Shown: piece after piece, positions 1-13,298 of the stretch
Numbering within the stretch: position 1 is the first letter of the stretch
Layout: each line of letters opens with the position of its first letter
From: Octopus vulgaris
Lineage: Eukaryota
Reading direction: 5' to 3'
Length of the DNA stretch: 64,000 nt
NCBI GenBank assembly: GCA_951406725.2
Contig: OX597823.1
Coordinates: 81,778,001 to 81,842,000, forward strand
Position numbers and translations under genes: made by a program
The notes under the pieces: model-generated
The model's input: only the letters and a program-made list of their open reading frames with translations
Database searches by the model: none
What the model was told of the DNA's origin: nothing

Positions 1-603
1 ACTTCTCACATTTGATGCTATAAATAATTTTTGGTATTTTTAACTGTAATAGTGTAATTTATAGAGAATGAAAAAGAGAGAAAGAGAGACAGACAGACAG
101 ACTGATTGAGAGAGAGATTGGAAGTTATGTTAAATTGTAAGTGTCCTTTGTCAAGGTCATTAACCATTTAACCCCTACAGCACCTTAAATTACTAGCATG
201 CAGAGAAAATCAATAATGTTATCACCCAATGAATAACCAATAGATACTGTAGCTTGAATTCCATCAATGGTTATCTTTCTCTTAATTGTCTCAAATTTGT
301 GGTTTGAAAATCTAATAATCTGAAAGTTACGTGTTTTACTGAATAAATATGATATTGGTTATATAGGTCAGGTGTTTTAATGTGGAAGTCACCTTTTGTA
401 ATGTCAGACGTTGACAATGTAGTATTACGTATACAAAAAAAAAAAAAAAGACAGGGTGGTTGTGGTTGGAACATCTTTGATTCCATTGGTCTGTTTAGTC
501 ATGGCAGGATATGGAGCTAAGCAGTAACATCAACAATAACAACAGCAACATCACATTTATATGGTACTATATCTGATCTTCTTCCTGCAATACACTATAT
601 AGA

Positions 604-1192
604 ATCATCATCATCATCATCACCGTTTAACGTCCGTTTTCCATGCTAGCATAGGTTGAACGGTTCAACTGGGATCTGGGAAGCCAGGAGGTTGCACCAG
701 GCTCCCGTTTGATCTGGCAGTGTTTCTACAGCTGGATGCCCTTCCTAATGCCAACCACTCCATGAGTGTAGTGGGTGCTTTTTACGTGCCACTGGCACAG
801 GTGCCAGGGGAGGCTGGCACTGGCCATGATTGGTTGGTGCTTTTTATGTGCCACCAGCCCAGAAGCTAGCCAAGGCAGTGCTGGCATCGGCCACGTTCAG
901 ATGGTGCTTTTTATGTGCCACCGGCACAGGTATCACAACTACAATTTCCATTTGATATTTATTTTGATGTTGATGTACTTGACTCACTAGGTCTCCTCAA
1001 GCACACCAGGTCACCCTATGATCCAAGGTAAGCACAGCAGGCCATTCTGCGATCCAAGGTACTTTGGATGGGCTGGGGCTGCTATGTGAAACTGGTGCAA
1101 GAAACAGCCATGAACTCACGTTATTTGTCAGGTCTTTGCAATCATAGCATATCTCCAGAGATCTCGGTCTTTTTTCATTGCCTTTGTGAGGC
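604..1192 (-). mobile_element. RTE-type LINE 3' UTR fragment / RTE-tailed SINE ending in (GAT)n
   Basis: Minus strand carries GGTTGGCATTAGGAAGGGCATCCAGCTGTAGAAA, repeated TGGCAC(G/A)TAAAAAGCACC motifs and a (GAT)n tail. The same sequence follows the RTE ORF stop at 27848. Confidence 0.7.
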
Positions 1193-1622
1193 TCGTATCT
1201 TTAATTTTTTTTTTAGCCAACACTATAGACATGTTCTGTAGTACACTATAGCAATGAAATGGAACAGAGTTAATACACAAGTAAGTTTCGTTTCACTATG
1301 AAGTTGATCCATCCAAATTAGATGTACTGTATATACATCAGATGTATTTTATAAGTCAGATGGTTTTTTGTGTGTAGGTAAGAGACTTATTGTGTAATTG
1401 AGGAAGTAAACTTTAATTCTTAACTGCCATTGAGACACAGTACTTCACAGAACTGCATCAGTTAGTCAGTCCTGAAATGCATGATATCACAAGAATCATA
1501 CTAGCCTTACTTACATTCATTTTGAAAGAAATTAGGAAGTCTCTTATGTAATGGAGAAAACTCTGATCCCTTCATCTGCCATTCATTTCTGTTTTGCAAT
1601 AGAATAATTATGGGACTGGTAA

Positions 1623-1880
1623 GGTAAGGTAAAGTTTCCTTTTCAAGTCGTACCAACTCACAAGGGCTGGTTTCCTAGATTCCGTGGCATATCTTTTACC
1701 TCCACCTGGATGGAACAATGGTTTGTCACAGGATTACTCATTTTTGCCAACCGAGTGGACTGAAGCAATGTGAAATGAAATGTTTTGTTCAAGAACAACA
1801 TGTTGCCTGGTCCAGGAATTGAAACCACAATCTTATGCTCACAAGTCCAACATTCTAACCACTAAGCCACATACCTCCAC
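1623..1880 (-). mobile_element. tRNA-derived SINE
   Basis: Minus-strand head GTGGCTTAGTGGTTAGAATGTTGG...GGTTTCAATTCC (A/B-box-like). Related copies at ~2690-2815, 10546-10846, 22200-22335 and 57073-57395. Confidence 0.6.
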
Positions 1881-1954
1881 TTATGGGATTGGGCTTTTGA
1901 CTGAGAAGATTTTCAACAGCTCTAATACTGTGGATATGTAATTTTATATGCTGC

Positions 1955-2179
1955 TAGAATGTATCACAAGGTGGATTCTTCTAGCCAAGCCAAATGGCAG
2001 GAGACATAGAAGTAGACCAAAACTGAGATGGTTGGATGACATCCATAGTCCCAGTTGGTCACAGTTGGGAATCCATCCAGAAAGTCTAATGATTGCAGCT
2101 TCTGATAGGACCTTAAGGAGGAGGTGCCTGAGGATTCTAACCCCACAACCTTCCCAGGAATAGTGGGCAGAGAAGATTG

Positions 2180-2212
<33 letters not shown>
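1955..2212 (+). mobile_element. RTE-clade LINE 3' end (ORF C-terminus plus (GGCT)n tail)
   Basis: Translation ...KPNGRRHRSRPKLRWLDDI...AASDRTLRR matches the RTE C-terminal G.R.RGRP..RW.D.I...A.DR..WR pattern and is followed by a simple-repeat tail. Confidence 0.7.
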
Positions 2213-2224
2213 ATGTTAAGAGTC

Positions 2225-3100
2225 AAAAGTCAGTTGTATCATATAGTTAGATATGAGACTGTGTAGATAGATGTAGATGAGATATTATGCTTTGTAAGGC
2301 AGTTGTTATATAGATCAGATATTGCAATATGTAGGCCAATTGCTGTACTTTGTCAAACCAAATATCACAGCATGTAGGTCAGCTGTGGGTACTCTATACA
2401 TCATATATTGTACTGTATAGGTCAGATGAATTATATTTGTCAGATGGACCTTGGAGGTTAGATATTGTATGTCATAAGCCAGACATTACAGTAGGGGTAT
2501 TAAAAAGTCCCTAGACATTGCTGCCTTGAGCCCTACTATTCATAGGGATAGTTACACAATTTCTATGGTACATAGGTGACTGAGATCCCTATGTTTCACT
2601 CGAATGGCTACATTAATATTTGAATAAAACAATATGCATGGGATAGCAAATGTGATATTAAAAGTTTATTCATTGTAGGTTTATTCATTTATAGCTGAGC
2701 AGACTGGAGAGCAATGTGAAATGAAGTGTTCTGCTCAAGAACACAATCCACTACCTGGTCCAGGAATTGAAACCATGATCTTGGGATCATTCGTGCAACA
2801 CTATAAGCCACATAATTTCATAGGTAAAAAACAGGTGTGCTATTTTGTTCAGCTGTTTTAATAAGTCAGTCAGATGTTGCACTGTGTTAATCACACAGGT
2901 CTATTGTATTAGACAGCCAGATGAATTATATGTCAGGTGAACTTTAAAGCTCAGATATTGCACTTTATAATCAGATGCTTTTTTATATAGATCAGGTATC
3001 AGATTTGGTACATTAGAAGGTGTAGCACAATGATCAGCTGTTGTAATCTCTCAGTCAAATACTTTACATTGTGGGTCATAGGTTGTGCTAGGTATGTCAT
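2225..3100. repeat. Degenerate ~21-bp minisatellite (consensus ~GTCAGATGTTGCACTGTATAG)
   Basis: GTCAGAT/ATCAGAT/GTTAGAT recur at ~21-nt spacing in 2225-2490 and 2820-3100. Similar units at ~360-420, 1315-1380 and 7900-8010. Confidence 0.5.
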
Positions 3101-3404
3101 ATATTTTAACCCTTTAGCATTTAATCCTGCCAAGAAGAGCATCCAGCTGCAGAAAACCATGCCAAATCAGATTAGTTCCTGGTGCAATCTTCCAGCGTGC
3201 CATCCCGGTCAAACTGTCCAACCCATGCCAGCTTGGACAACAGACATTAAATGATGATGATGATGATGATGATGACGACAATGATGATGATGATGATGAT
3301 ATCTTGCCTAAATATTCTACCATCTTGCTACATTACGAAGTCAGGTATATCTTCTTCCAACTGGGGCAGTAACCAAATGGACGGCATGTCAAGGTAGGTG
3401 CAAC

Positions 3405-3412
3405 CTCATCAC

Positions 3413-3448
<36 letters not shown>

Positions 3449-4092
3449 TGTTTAATGTCCATTTTCCATGGGTTGGATGGTTTGACTGGGGACTGGCAAA
3501 ACCAGGAGGTCACACCAGACTCCAATCTGATCTGGCAATATTTCTACAGCTGGATGCCCTCCCTAATGCCAGTCACTCTGAGAGTGTGGTGGGTGCTTTT
3601 TATGCGCCACTGGCATGGGAGCCAGTCAGGTGGTACTGGCATCAGCCACATTCAGATGTTGCTTTTTATGTGCTACCGGCACAGGAGCTAGTCAGGGCAG
3701 GGATGTTTGGTGGGTGGCTGGCAATGACACGTTTGGATGGTGCTTTTTATGTGCCACCGACACGGAGTGCCAGTCAGGTGGCACTGATAATAATGTAATT
3801 GTAATTTTGAATTACTCTGTAGTGCCGCTGGGCTGGCTCCTGTGCAGGTGGCATGTAAATAACACCATTTGAGCATGGTCATTGCCAGTACTACCTGGCT
3901 GGCCCTTGTGCCGGTGCCACGTAAAAGCACCCACTACACTCTCAGAGTGGTTGGCGTTAGGAAGGGCATCTTGTTGTAGAAACTCTGCCAGATCAAGATT
4001 GGAGCCTGGTGCAGCCATCTGGTTCGCCAGTCCTCAGTCGAATCGTCCAACCCATGCTAGCATGGAAAGCGGACGTTAAACGATGATGATGA
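3405..4092. mobile_element. Two RTE 3'-UTR elements head-to-head (3405-3790 minus, 3820-4092 plus)
   Basis: (CAT)n at the left end and (GAT)n at the right end, with the AGGAAGGGCATC motif in opposite orientations. Confidence 0.65.
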
Positions 4093-4586
4093 TTTATTCA
4101 GGTAAAGAAACATCTAGGTTTAATTCATTTCTGAAATTTGGTAGATGTCATTGCTCTGTTGGAGATTATTAAAGGTGATTTTTTTTTCCTGAATTATGCT
4201 CAAAACAAGAATTCGAAAACTCAGTTCAAAATCATTAAAAAAAAAAGACAAAGCGCTTAACACTCTTCCATTATTGTATGCAGAAACCTCGTTCAGACAA
4301 AAATGTATCAATCATGATAACTTTGATATACTGGTTTTAGATATTACCTAAGTAATTATAATTTCTAATGTCAGAACGAGAATTTAGTCAATCAGAGGTA
4401 CCTTGATATGTGACTGATAATTTATTTTCTTGCACCTTGAAGGATCAAAGGAAAACTTTACTCTGTTAAACGCTATAACTAAGTACTTCAAGTCATTTGG
4501 CCTGAAGCTGTAACAATTCTGCTAATTTGTCGTCCTATGTGGTCCAAATATTATTAACTAAAGTCATGTAACGTAATCTCATAATC

Positions 4587-4593
4587 TCATACA

Positions 4594-4666
<73 letters not shown>

Positions 4667-4719
4667 ATACATACATACATACGTACATACATGCATACAT
4701 ACATACATACATACATACA

Positions 4720-4753
<34 letters not shown>

Positions 4754-4835
4754 CACACATACATATATACATACGTACATACATCCATAGATACATACAT
4801 ACTTACATACATGCATACATACATACATACATACA

Positions 4836-4893
<58 letters not shown>

Positions 4894-4967
4894 CATACAT
4901 ATATACATACATACATACATACATGCATAGATACATACTTACATACATGCATACATACATACATACA

Positions 4968-5029
<62 letters not shown>

Positions 5030-5045
5030 CATACATACATACATA
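4587..5045. repeat. (TACA)n/(TA)n microsatellite
   Basis: Directly visible; source of the MYVC/HTYI ORFs. Confidence 0.97.
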
Positions 5046-5046
5046 T

Positions 5047-5290
5047 ATTCTTTTATTCTTTTACTTGTTTCAGTCATTTGAATGGGGCCAGGCTGGAGGA
5101 CAACCTTTTAGTTGAAGCAATTGACTCCTGGACTTATTCTTAGTAAGCCTGGTATTTATTCTATCAGTCTCTTCTGCCAAACCGCTAAGTGATGGGGATA
5201 TAAGCACACCAACATCAGTTGTCAAGTGATGGGTACAAAAACAGACACAAAGACACACACATAAATACATACATATATATACAACAAGCT
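5047..5290 (-). mobile_element. 3' half of a CORE-like tRNA SINE
   Basis: Matches the tail of the full copies at 33876-34290 and 38123-38535. Confidence 0.75.
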
Positions 5291-7205
5291 TCATCATCAC
5301 CATCACCATTTAACATCTTTCCTCCATGCTGGCATGGGTTAGATGGTTTGACTGGCGCTGATGAGCCGGAGAGCTGCACCAGGTTCCAGTCTGATTTGGC
5401 ATGGTTTCTACAGCTGGATGCCCTTCCTAACTCCAACAACTCTGAAAGTGTAATGAAAGCTTTTACATGTCACCGGCACGGGTTTCAGTTTGCATGACAC
5501 CAGTATCTGCCATGACTATGATTTCACTTAGTTTGATGAGTCTTCTTCTCAAGCACATCATTTTCCATTGCCTACATGAAGCCCAGCATTCAGAAGGTGC
5601 TTTTTATGTGCCACTGGCACAGGTGCTAGTTACATGACGCCAGCATCAGCCACATTGCTTCCATGAGGCCCAACGCTTGAAAGGTGCTTTTTATGTGCCA
5701 CTGGCATGGATGTAAGTTATGTGACACCGACAATGACCACAGCTTCACTTGGCTTGATGGGTTTTCTCAAGCACAGCATATTGCTAAAGGTTTCGGTCAC
5801 TAGTCATTGCCTCCGTGAGGCCCAACATCTGAAGGTCATGCTTCACCACCTTGTCTCATGTTTTTCCAGGTCTCCTTCTTCCACGGCTTCCACTAGTAGA
5901 GATCAGCACTTCTTCACACAACTGTCCATATCCATGCACACCACATGACTGTACCAATGCAGTTGTCTCTCTTGTATACTACATCTGATGCCTCTTATGT
6001 CCAGCTTTTCTCTCAAGATGCTTACACTCTGCCGTACATGCACACTGACATTACACATCCAGTGAAGCATACTAGCTTCATTTCTTTTAAGTCTACGCAG
6101 TCACAGCCCACGTTTCACTGCTGTGTAACATGGCTGTTTGCATACAGGCATCATACAATCTGCCTTTCACTCTGAGAGAGAGGCCTTTTGTTACCAACAG
6201 AGGTAGGACCACCATGAACTTTGCCCAACTTATTCTTATTCTAGAAGCTATGCTCTCACGAAGCATCCACCTCCGCTACTGACTTGGTCAACTAGGTAAC
6301 GGAAGTTATCAACCACTTCTAGTTTTCTCTACTGGCATTTGATAGAGTCTATTTTCTGAACATTTATAGTATTGATTGTATCTCTGCACCTACCATACAC
6401 AAAAACTATTGGGTTGTCTGGAAAGTTCATGCCGATTTTTAAAGGAAACAAAAAAATCAATAAATACTTACCATTGCATTTTTAATCTACCAAATATGAA
6501 CCATTTTGTTGCACAATGCATCTCCATCTTTCCTTTAACTTGAAAATACCCTCTTCCCAGAATTGAGGTGGTTTCATGGCAAAGAATTCATCAAGGTATC
6601 TTTTTACATCATCCAAGGAATTGAAATTTTCACCATTAAGACTATTCTGCAGAGACCTGAATAAGTGGAAATCTGAAGGAATAATATATGGGGAATATGG
6701 GGGGTGGGGGGGGGGTAACACATCCCAGCTGAGCTGCAGCAATTTTTGTCTGGTTCCCAAATCATCAAGTGCTGAAAATGAACTTTCTTATCTTCCATTT
6801 TAAAGGGTTACAGAATTAACACACGTTATAGGAACATAAACCTTCTTCCACGAAAAGATAGCTTAAACTGTGTTCTAAATGGAGGTGTAGTCAAATCCTA
6901 TTTTATGGACTCAAACATGTTCTAAAATAAGTTGAAAGGTAAGCTACTATAAATTGGCATGAACCTTCCAGACAACCCAATATTTTCCCTGTTAACCTTC
7001 CTCTGATATTGCTGCACCTCTTATGTGTATATAGCTTACACCAGGTACATTTTATGGAATTGTTACTTGCACCTTTTCTACAGAACAAGCAGGGCCATCT
7101 ACCTGAGGGGATTTGTGATTCGTCCACTTTCCTATTTGCTAAGACTTTGGTTTTTGCTAAGTTAACTCTAAGGCCCTTCAATTCTAGACTTTGCTTCCAC
7201 ACCTG
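5291..7205 (-). mobile_element. Decayed, 5'-truncated RTE-clade LINE (RT C-terminus, Cys-rich insert, 3' UTR), interrupted by a mariner derivative
   Basis: Minus-strand peptides WKQSLELKGLRVNLAKTKV, WPCLFCRKG..NSIKCTWCKLYTHKRCS, LEVVDNFRYL, LSLRVKGRLYDACMQTAMLHSSETWA, QLHWYSHVVCMD, with stops and frameshifts. (GAT)n tail at ~5291. Confidence 0.85.
6409..6980 (-). mobile_element. Internally deleted mariner element (non-autonomous), copy 1
   Basis: TIRs TTGGGTTGTC(T/C)GGAAAGTTC and TA on both sides. Encodes MEDKKVHF... fused to the C-terminal HPPYSP.I.PSDFHLFRSLQNSL...GIFKLKERW...NGSY. Confidence 0.92.
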
Positions 7206-7529
7206 TTTGATGGTGATTCATGAAACTTCTCTAGTTCTATATATATAGTATTAATAAGAATCAGGAGAATGGAGATTTTTCACATCTATAATTTTATTAA
7301 GCAGTTATTTACAGCATTCTTTTGTGGACTTATGTGCATTTGAACTGCATTGACTGCTTCCTGTTAGATGTGCATCGGATTTACAAAGCAAGAAAAATTA
7401 CCGGAGTCTAGCAACTTATTTCTATCTTGGGTATCATCAACATTTGCTGTGGTTAGCCAGTGTACAAAACTGATTTATGAGGAAACACGGTAACCGCTAG
7501 GATTACATATCTCTTTGAAATCATTTTTG

Positions 7530-7553
<24 letters not shown>

Positions 7554-7560
<7 letters not shown>

Positions 7561-7759
7561 ATAATTAAGGGATTAGCAAAAAGTTGCTTCACCACATAGC
7601 GAAAAATTAGAAATAGCAATCAAAACTGCTAATTCTTTTACTACATTATCTCCACAATATATCTCCATGTAGTAAAAGAATTAGCAGTTTTAACTGCTAT
7701 TTCTAAATTTTCACTATGTGGTGAAGCAACTTTTTGCTAATCCCTTAATTATGTTTATA
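7554..7759. repeat. Long inverted repeat next to (TA)n (93-bp arms, 20-nt loop)
   Basis: 7554-7646 is the reverse complement of 7667-7759 with a few mismatches. Confidence 0.92.
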
Positions 7760-8019
7760 ATTATAAAAAAACATTTTGTTTAAGTTTTTACTGATAATGG
7801 GTTTTTTTTTCCATACCGAAGCTACTTGGTAAAAATTATTAATTATTAATTTAATATTTCTTTACCCTATATCTATAGATATATATATATAAGTAAAGAG
7901 TAAATGTAGGTTAGCTGTTGTATTTTGAAGGCCAGATGTTGTATTGTGTAGATCGTATTGCTGCACTCCATCTAATAGCCATTGTAGTTTATAAGTCAAG
8001 TGTTACACTAAATGAAATA

Positions 8020-8602
8020 TGAAGGGAAGTGAAAAACTATTTGTATCTTTACTAAAATTTTCTTTAGGTTAGCTGCACTTCCTTCAGTGTTTGTCAGCTA
8101 AAAGGTGGTAGTTTAGTGGCTATGTAACCAATGTTTGACCTTGGTTGCTCCAATTTTCTTCCTTGTGTAAGAGAATTAACATAACCATTCCACTAGCAGT
8201 GTGTACCAAAGAAGAACAGAGGTCAGTGATCCAATTTCTTCAGTCTGAAGGTGTGTCAGAGGCTAAAAGTCATCACACGTTTTCTGTAAAATATGGGGTA
8301 GTGATCTCCCTTGTAGAAGTGTGCATGAGTAGATCAAAAGTTTTAAAAATAGCTGGACAAGCATGAAGCATGAAGAGGGAGCAGGACGCCCATCAACCAC
8401 CACTATTACATGAATCTTCAACAAGCTCAAGAGATGATTCTGGTGAGCTGTTGAGTGACCATCTATGAGGTGACACGTTCTCTGTAAATTAATCATGGTT
8501 CTGAATAGAAAATCATTTATGAGAAGTTTTGCTTTTGTAAAGTCTGTGCATGATGGGTGTCAGGAGAGCTTACCGAAATGCGTCAGTGCAATCATAAAAT
8601 AA

Positions 8603-8685
<83 letters not shown>

Positions 8686-9670
8686 AATTATTGTATACAG
8701 TGCTCAGGTGCACAACAACTTATCAAAAGTGTGTATAAAGTATATGCAGTAATGTACAAATGTCTGGAAAGCGAACAGTGTATGAGTCAGATACATGCTT
8801 GCATGTGTAAGTTGGGGAGAAAATCAGGTGTAGTGTTGGCGAATCTCAGGAAGCATGGAAGCTTTGAAGGATGCAGTGCTCCGACAATTAACAACTGATA
8901 CCAACAGTTTGTTTCATGCTTCAGCAACTCTTAGCGTGAAAAAATGTTTCCGAAAGTCATGGGAGCTGTGCTGTTTTCTGACTTTGTAAACAAAAGTCAT
9001 GTGAAGATTTGTCAATGCCTCATCCACTACAACTATGAAGGTAAAATTCTTTTGGAGAGAATGGTCACAGGAGATGAGATCTGGATCCATCACTTTGAGC
9101 CAGAATCCAAAATGTAGAGTATTTGCAGAAAAAGTGAGGCTAAATGTTTTTGGGGGAGGCAAAAAAGCATAAACTGAAACATTACTTGGAAAAGGGGTCT
9201 ACAGTCTCCTGTGTAGGCTACAGTGAAATTCTGGCCAACAAACTGAAACCAAAGATTCACACCAAATGCTGAGGTCTGTTGTCAAAGCAAGTGTTGTTTT
9301 TGTTGCGTGACAAGGCAAACCTAAATACGACCTCTTACACTGTTGAAAACATTGAAAAGTTAGGTTTCAAGTTGTTGGAACATCCTGCATACAGCTCAGA
9401 TCTTGTTCCTTCTGATTATCACACCTTTGGCCTGCTCAAGCACCCTTTATGAAGTCATCAATTTTTTATGCACAAAGAAGTGCAGGAAGCAATGCATAAA
9501 TGGCTGCACAACCAGATGCAAACCTTCTTCTCTGATGGAATAAGCAAGCTTGAGGACTGCTGGAAGAAGCGCATTGAAAAGCAAGGATACTATGTCAAAA
9601 AATGATGTAATTTTGTTCAACCCCTGTTTTTGTTTTCATAAATGAACGTGCATATAATTTTTGACTCAGA
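8020..9670 (+). mobile_element. Degenerate full-length mariner transposon
   Basis: Peptides CTKEEQRSVIQFL, EGAGRPST, KVCA*WV, VTGDEIWIHHFEPESK, HPAYSSDLVPSDYH.FG.LK, FFSDGISKLEDCWKKRIEKQGYYV with many stops. Ends are approximate. Confidence 0.85.
8597..8993 (-). mobile_element. CR1/L2-type LINE 3' end inserted in the mariner relic, with (ATT)n tail
   Basis: Minus-strand peptide YKVRKQHSSHDFRKHFFTLRVAEA*NKLLVSVVNCRSTASFK fits the CR1/L2 C-terminus (R..FF..RV...WN.L...VV...S...FK). Confidence 0.7.
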
Positions 9671-9760
9671 CAAGTAACCGTTTTACATTAAAATCAAATG
9701 TTGACTTTTATAAAATAGTTTTTGTGTGTACTTTATAAATCAGGTATCCTACTTTATAAA

Positions 9761-10055
9761 ATGATACTGGTGATGGTGATGGTGGTGGTGGTGGTAATGG
9801 TGATGGTAGTGGTGGTGGTGGTGGTGGTGATGGTAGTGGTGGTGATGGTGGTGGTGGCGATGGTGGTGATGGTGGTGGTGATGATGGTAGTGGTGGTGAT
9901 GGTGGTGGTGGCGATGGTGGTGATGGTGGTGGTGGTGGTGAGGATGATGATGATGATGATGGTGATAATGATAATAATGACGACAACAACGACAAGGATG
10001 GTGGTGATGATGCTGACGATGATGTTGATGATGATGGAGCTGTGGATGATGATGA
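9761..10055. repeat. (GGT)n/(GAT)n trinucleotide repeat
   Basis: Directly visible. Confidence 0.95.
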
Positions 10056-10847
10056 TACAAGATTCTAGTCAAAATTCATTAAAAACCAGATTTTTAACAC
10101 CTTTCGTTATTGCACTGAGAATACTTTCTCAGAAAAACGAAAAAAAAAAAAACAGAAGCAGAAAAAGAAAACGTGTCAATAATTAGCATTCTCCTCTGTA
10201 GTAGTTTTATAAGTTGTCTAAATATTATTAACTCAAAATAAACTTTTTGCTACACTTAAAGTCTTCCATAGTTAAATAACATGTAGTTTCTATTACATAA
10301 AAATATTGATTTCTTCACATTGGCACAAGACAGCATCACAGATATAGAGGGAAAGCGAATATTTGGCTCTTGGGTTGATGTAATCAACTACTCCCTTCCC
10401 GACCAAAATTTGTAACCATGTGCACATATTAGAAATCAATATTTATTCCATGGTCCACTGAACTTGTGTCTAGTGCCAGTTTCTGTGGCATTAAATGGAT
10501 GCAGAACAAAAGTTCTGTGCTGCTTCATAGTGTGCAGTCTAGTGGGGCGTGGTTTAGTGGTTAGGGTATTCCGCTTACAATCGTAAAGTTGTGAGTTCGA
10601 TTCCCAATGGGATGTTGTGGTCTTGAGCGAGACGTTTTATTTCATCTTGCTCCAGTTCACTCAACTGTAAAAAATGCGTTGTACCTGTAATTCGAAGAGA
10701 GAGCCTTGTCACACTCTGTGTCATGCTGAACCTCCCTGAGAACTGTGTTAAGTGTATGTGTGTCTGTGGAGCACTCAGCCACCTGTATGTTAATTTCACA
10801 AGCAGGCTGTTCCATTAATCAGATCAAATGGAAGACTCGTCTTCATT

Positions 10848-11892
10848 ACATACATACATACATGCATACATGCACACATGCACACATACACACATACACA
10901 CATACAAACATACATACACACACATACATGCATGTATACATACATACATACACACACACATACATACACACACATACATACATACACACACATACATGCA
11001 TACATACATACATACACACATACATACATACATACATACATACATACACACATACATACATACATACATGCATACATACATACATGCATACATACATACA
11101 ACCATACATACATACATACATACATACTTACATACATATTTACATACATACATACACACATACATACTTACATACATACATACACACATACATACATACA
11201 TACTTACATACACACATACATACTTACATACATACACACATACATATTTACATACATACATACATACACACACATACATACATACACGCATACATACATG
11301 CATACATACGTGCATACATACATACATACATACATACTTACATACATACACACATACATACATGCATACATACACACATACATACATACTTACATACATA
11401 CATACATACATACATACATTCATACATACATACATACATACACACACACATACATACATACACAAACACACATACATACATACATACATACATACATACA
11501 TACACACACACACATACATACATACATACATACATACATACATACATACATACATACATACATACATACATACATACATACATACATACATACATACATA
11601 CATACATACAAACATACATACATACATACTTACATACACACATACATACTTACATACATACATACACACACATACATACATACTTACATACACACATACA
11701 TACTTACATACATACACACATACATACTTACGTACATACATACACACACATACATACATACACACATACATACATGCATACATATGTGCATACATACATA
11801 CATACATACATACATACATACATACATACATACATACATACATACATACATACATACATACATACATACATACATACATACACATATATATA
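10848..11892. repeat. ~1-kb compound (TACA)n/(CA)n microsatellite
   Basis: Directly visible; explains the 360-435 aa HTYI/MYVC ORFs. Confidence 0.97.
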
Positions 11893-11894
11893 TG

Positions 11895-12300
11895 CACAGG
11901 TGTGGATGTATGGTAAGAAGCTTGCTTACCAATCACATGGTTCCAGGTTCTGTCCCACTGCATGACACCTTGGGCAAATGCCTTCTGATATAGCCTCAGA
12001 CTGACTAAAGCTTTGTGAGTGGATTTGGTAGATGGAAACTGAAAGAAGCCTGTCGAATAAATATATATATATAAGTATATGTTTGTATATGTTTGTGCGT
12101 CTGTGTTTGTTCCCCCACCATCACTTGACAACCGATGTTGTTGTGTTTACATCCCTGTAACTTAGCAGTTCGGTAAAAGAGCTTGATAGAAGAATAAGTA
12201 CTAGGTTTACAAAGAATAAGTCCTGTGGTCGATTCCTTCGACTAAAGGTGGTGCTCCAGTATGGCTGCAGTCAAATGACTGAAACAAGTAAAAGAATAAA
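11895..12300 (+). mobile_element. CORE-like tRNA SINE
   Basis: tRNA-like head, ACCTTGGGCAAATG core-like motif, internal microsatellite and GACTGAAACAAGTAAAAGA tail. Confidence 0.8.
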
Positions 12301-12730
12301 AATGTACATATATACATACATTTATGTCCCTGCCATAAGGCTTTACTTCCACACATGCCACCTTAATTTAATTTGTCCTCAGTCAAAAGACACCTGTTGT
12401 CATGTCCTGTTATTTGTATTTGTGTAACATATGTTTTTTTCCATCCTTGTTTTCATATAAATTCACTGCTTTTTTCCAAGGAATGTAATCCTCTTAACTT
12501 ATTTTACCTTGGGGCTGGCCAGAGTGGAGCAATCTCAAGTATAACCAGCTGAAATTGCAAAGATAATCTGGAACTTAACTGAGGATAGAAAACTCTGAAT
12601 GATCCATTCTTGTTTTCCTCGTATCGTCTGTTTGGATATTTTGTTTTCCCTTTTTTTATTTCACCTAACTGTCTGGATGTTTTGTGTTCTTGTCCCATTT
12701 CTGTATTTTTTATATAACGATACATATATA

Positions 12731-13298
12731 TTGGGTTGTCCAGAAAGTTCATGCCGATTTATAGCAGCTTATCTTTCGACTTATTTTAGAACATGGTTGA
12801 GTCCATAAAATAGGATTGGACTACACCTCCATTTAGAATACAGTTTAAGCTATCTTTTCGTGGAAGAAGGTTTATGTTCCTATAACTTGTGTTAATTCTG
12901 TAACCCTTTAAAATGGAAGATAAGAAATTTCATTTTCAGCACTTGATGATTTGGGAACCAGACAAAAATTGCTGCAGCTCAGCTGGGATGTGTTACCCCC
13001 CCACCCCCATATTCCCCAGATATTGCTCCTTCAGATTTCCACTTATTCAGGTCTCTGCAGAATAGTCTTAATGGTGAAAATTTCAATTCCTTGGATGATG
13101 TAAAAAGATACCTCGATGAATTCTTTGCCATGAAACCACCTCAATTCTGGCAAGAGGGTATTTTCAAGTTAAAGGAAAGATGGAGACGCATTGTGCAACG
13201 AAATGGTTCATATTTGGTTGATTAAAAATGTAATGGCAAGTATTTATTGACCTTTTTCTTTCCTTTAAAAATCAGCACAAACTTTCTGGACAACCCAA
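12731..13298 (+). mobile_element. Internally deleted mariner element (non-autonomous), copy 2
   Basis: Same TIRs, TA flanks and deletion junction (CACTTGATGATTTGGGAACCAG) as 6409-6980. Contains YSPDIAPSDFHLF. Confidence 0.92.

Noticed and set aside
190-486. Possible minus-strand terminal exon near the window start (ctttcag then LLDFQTTNLRQLRER* or IIRFSNHKF...)
   Set aside because: No recognisable domain, weak polypyrimidine tract and no partner exons found.
9708-10186. Poly-Pro, poly-His and poly-Val ORFs; also poly-Asn/Ile at 13635-14049 and poly-Met at 21135-21563 and 26649-26903
   Set aside because: Trinucleotide microsatellites, open in several frames and on both strands.
10745-12131. 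360-435 aa ORFs (HTYI/MYVC repeats), and similar ORFs at 4535-5077, 17874-18314, 27108-27781 and elsewhere
   Set aside because: Stop-free translations of (TACA)n, (CA)n and (TA)n microsatellites; no coding signal.
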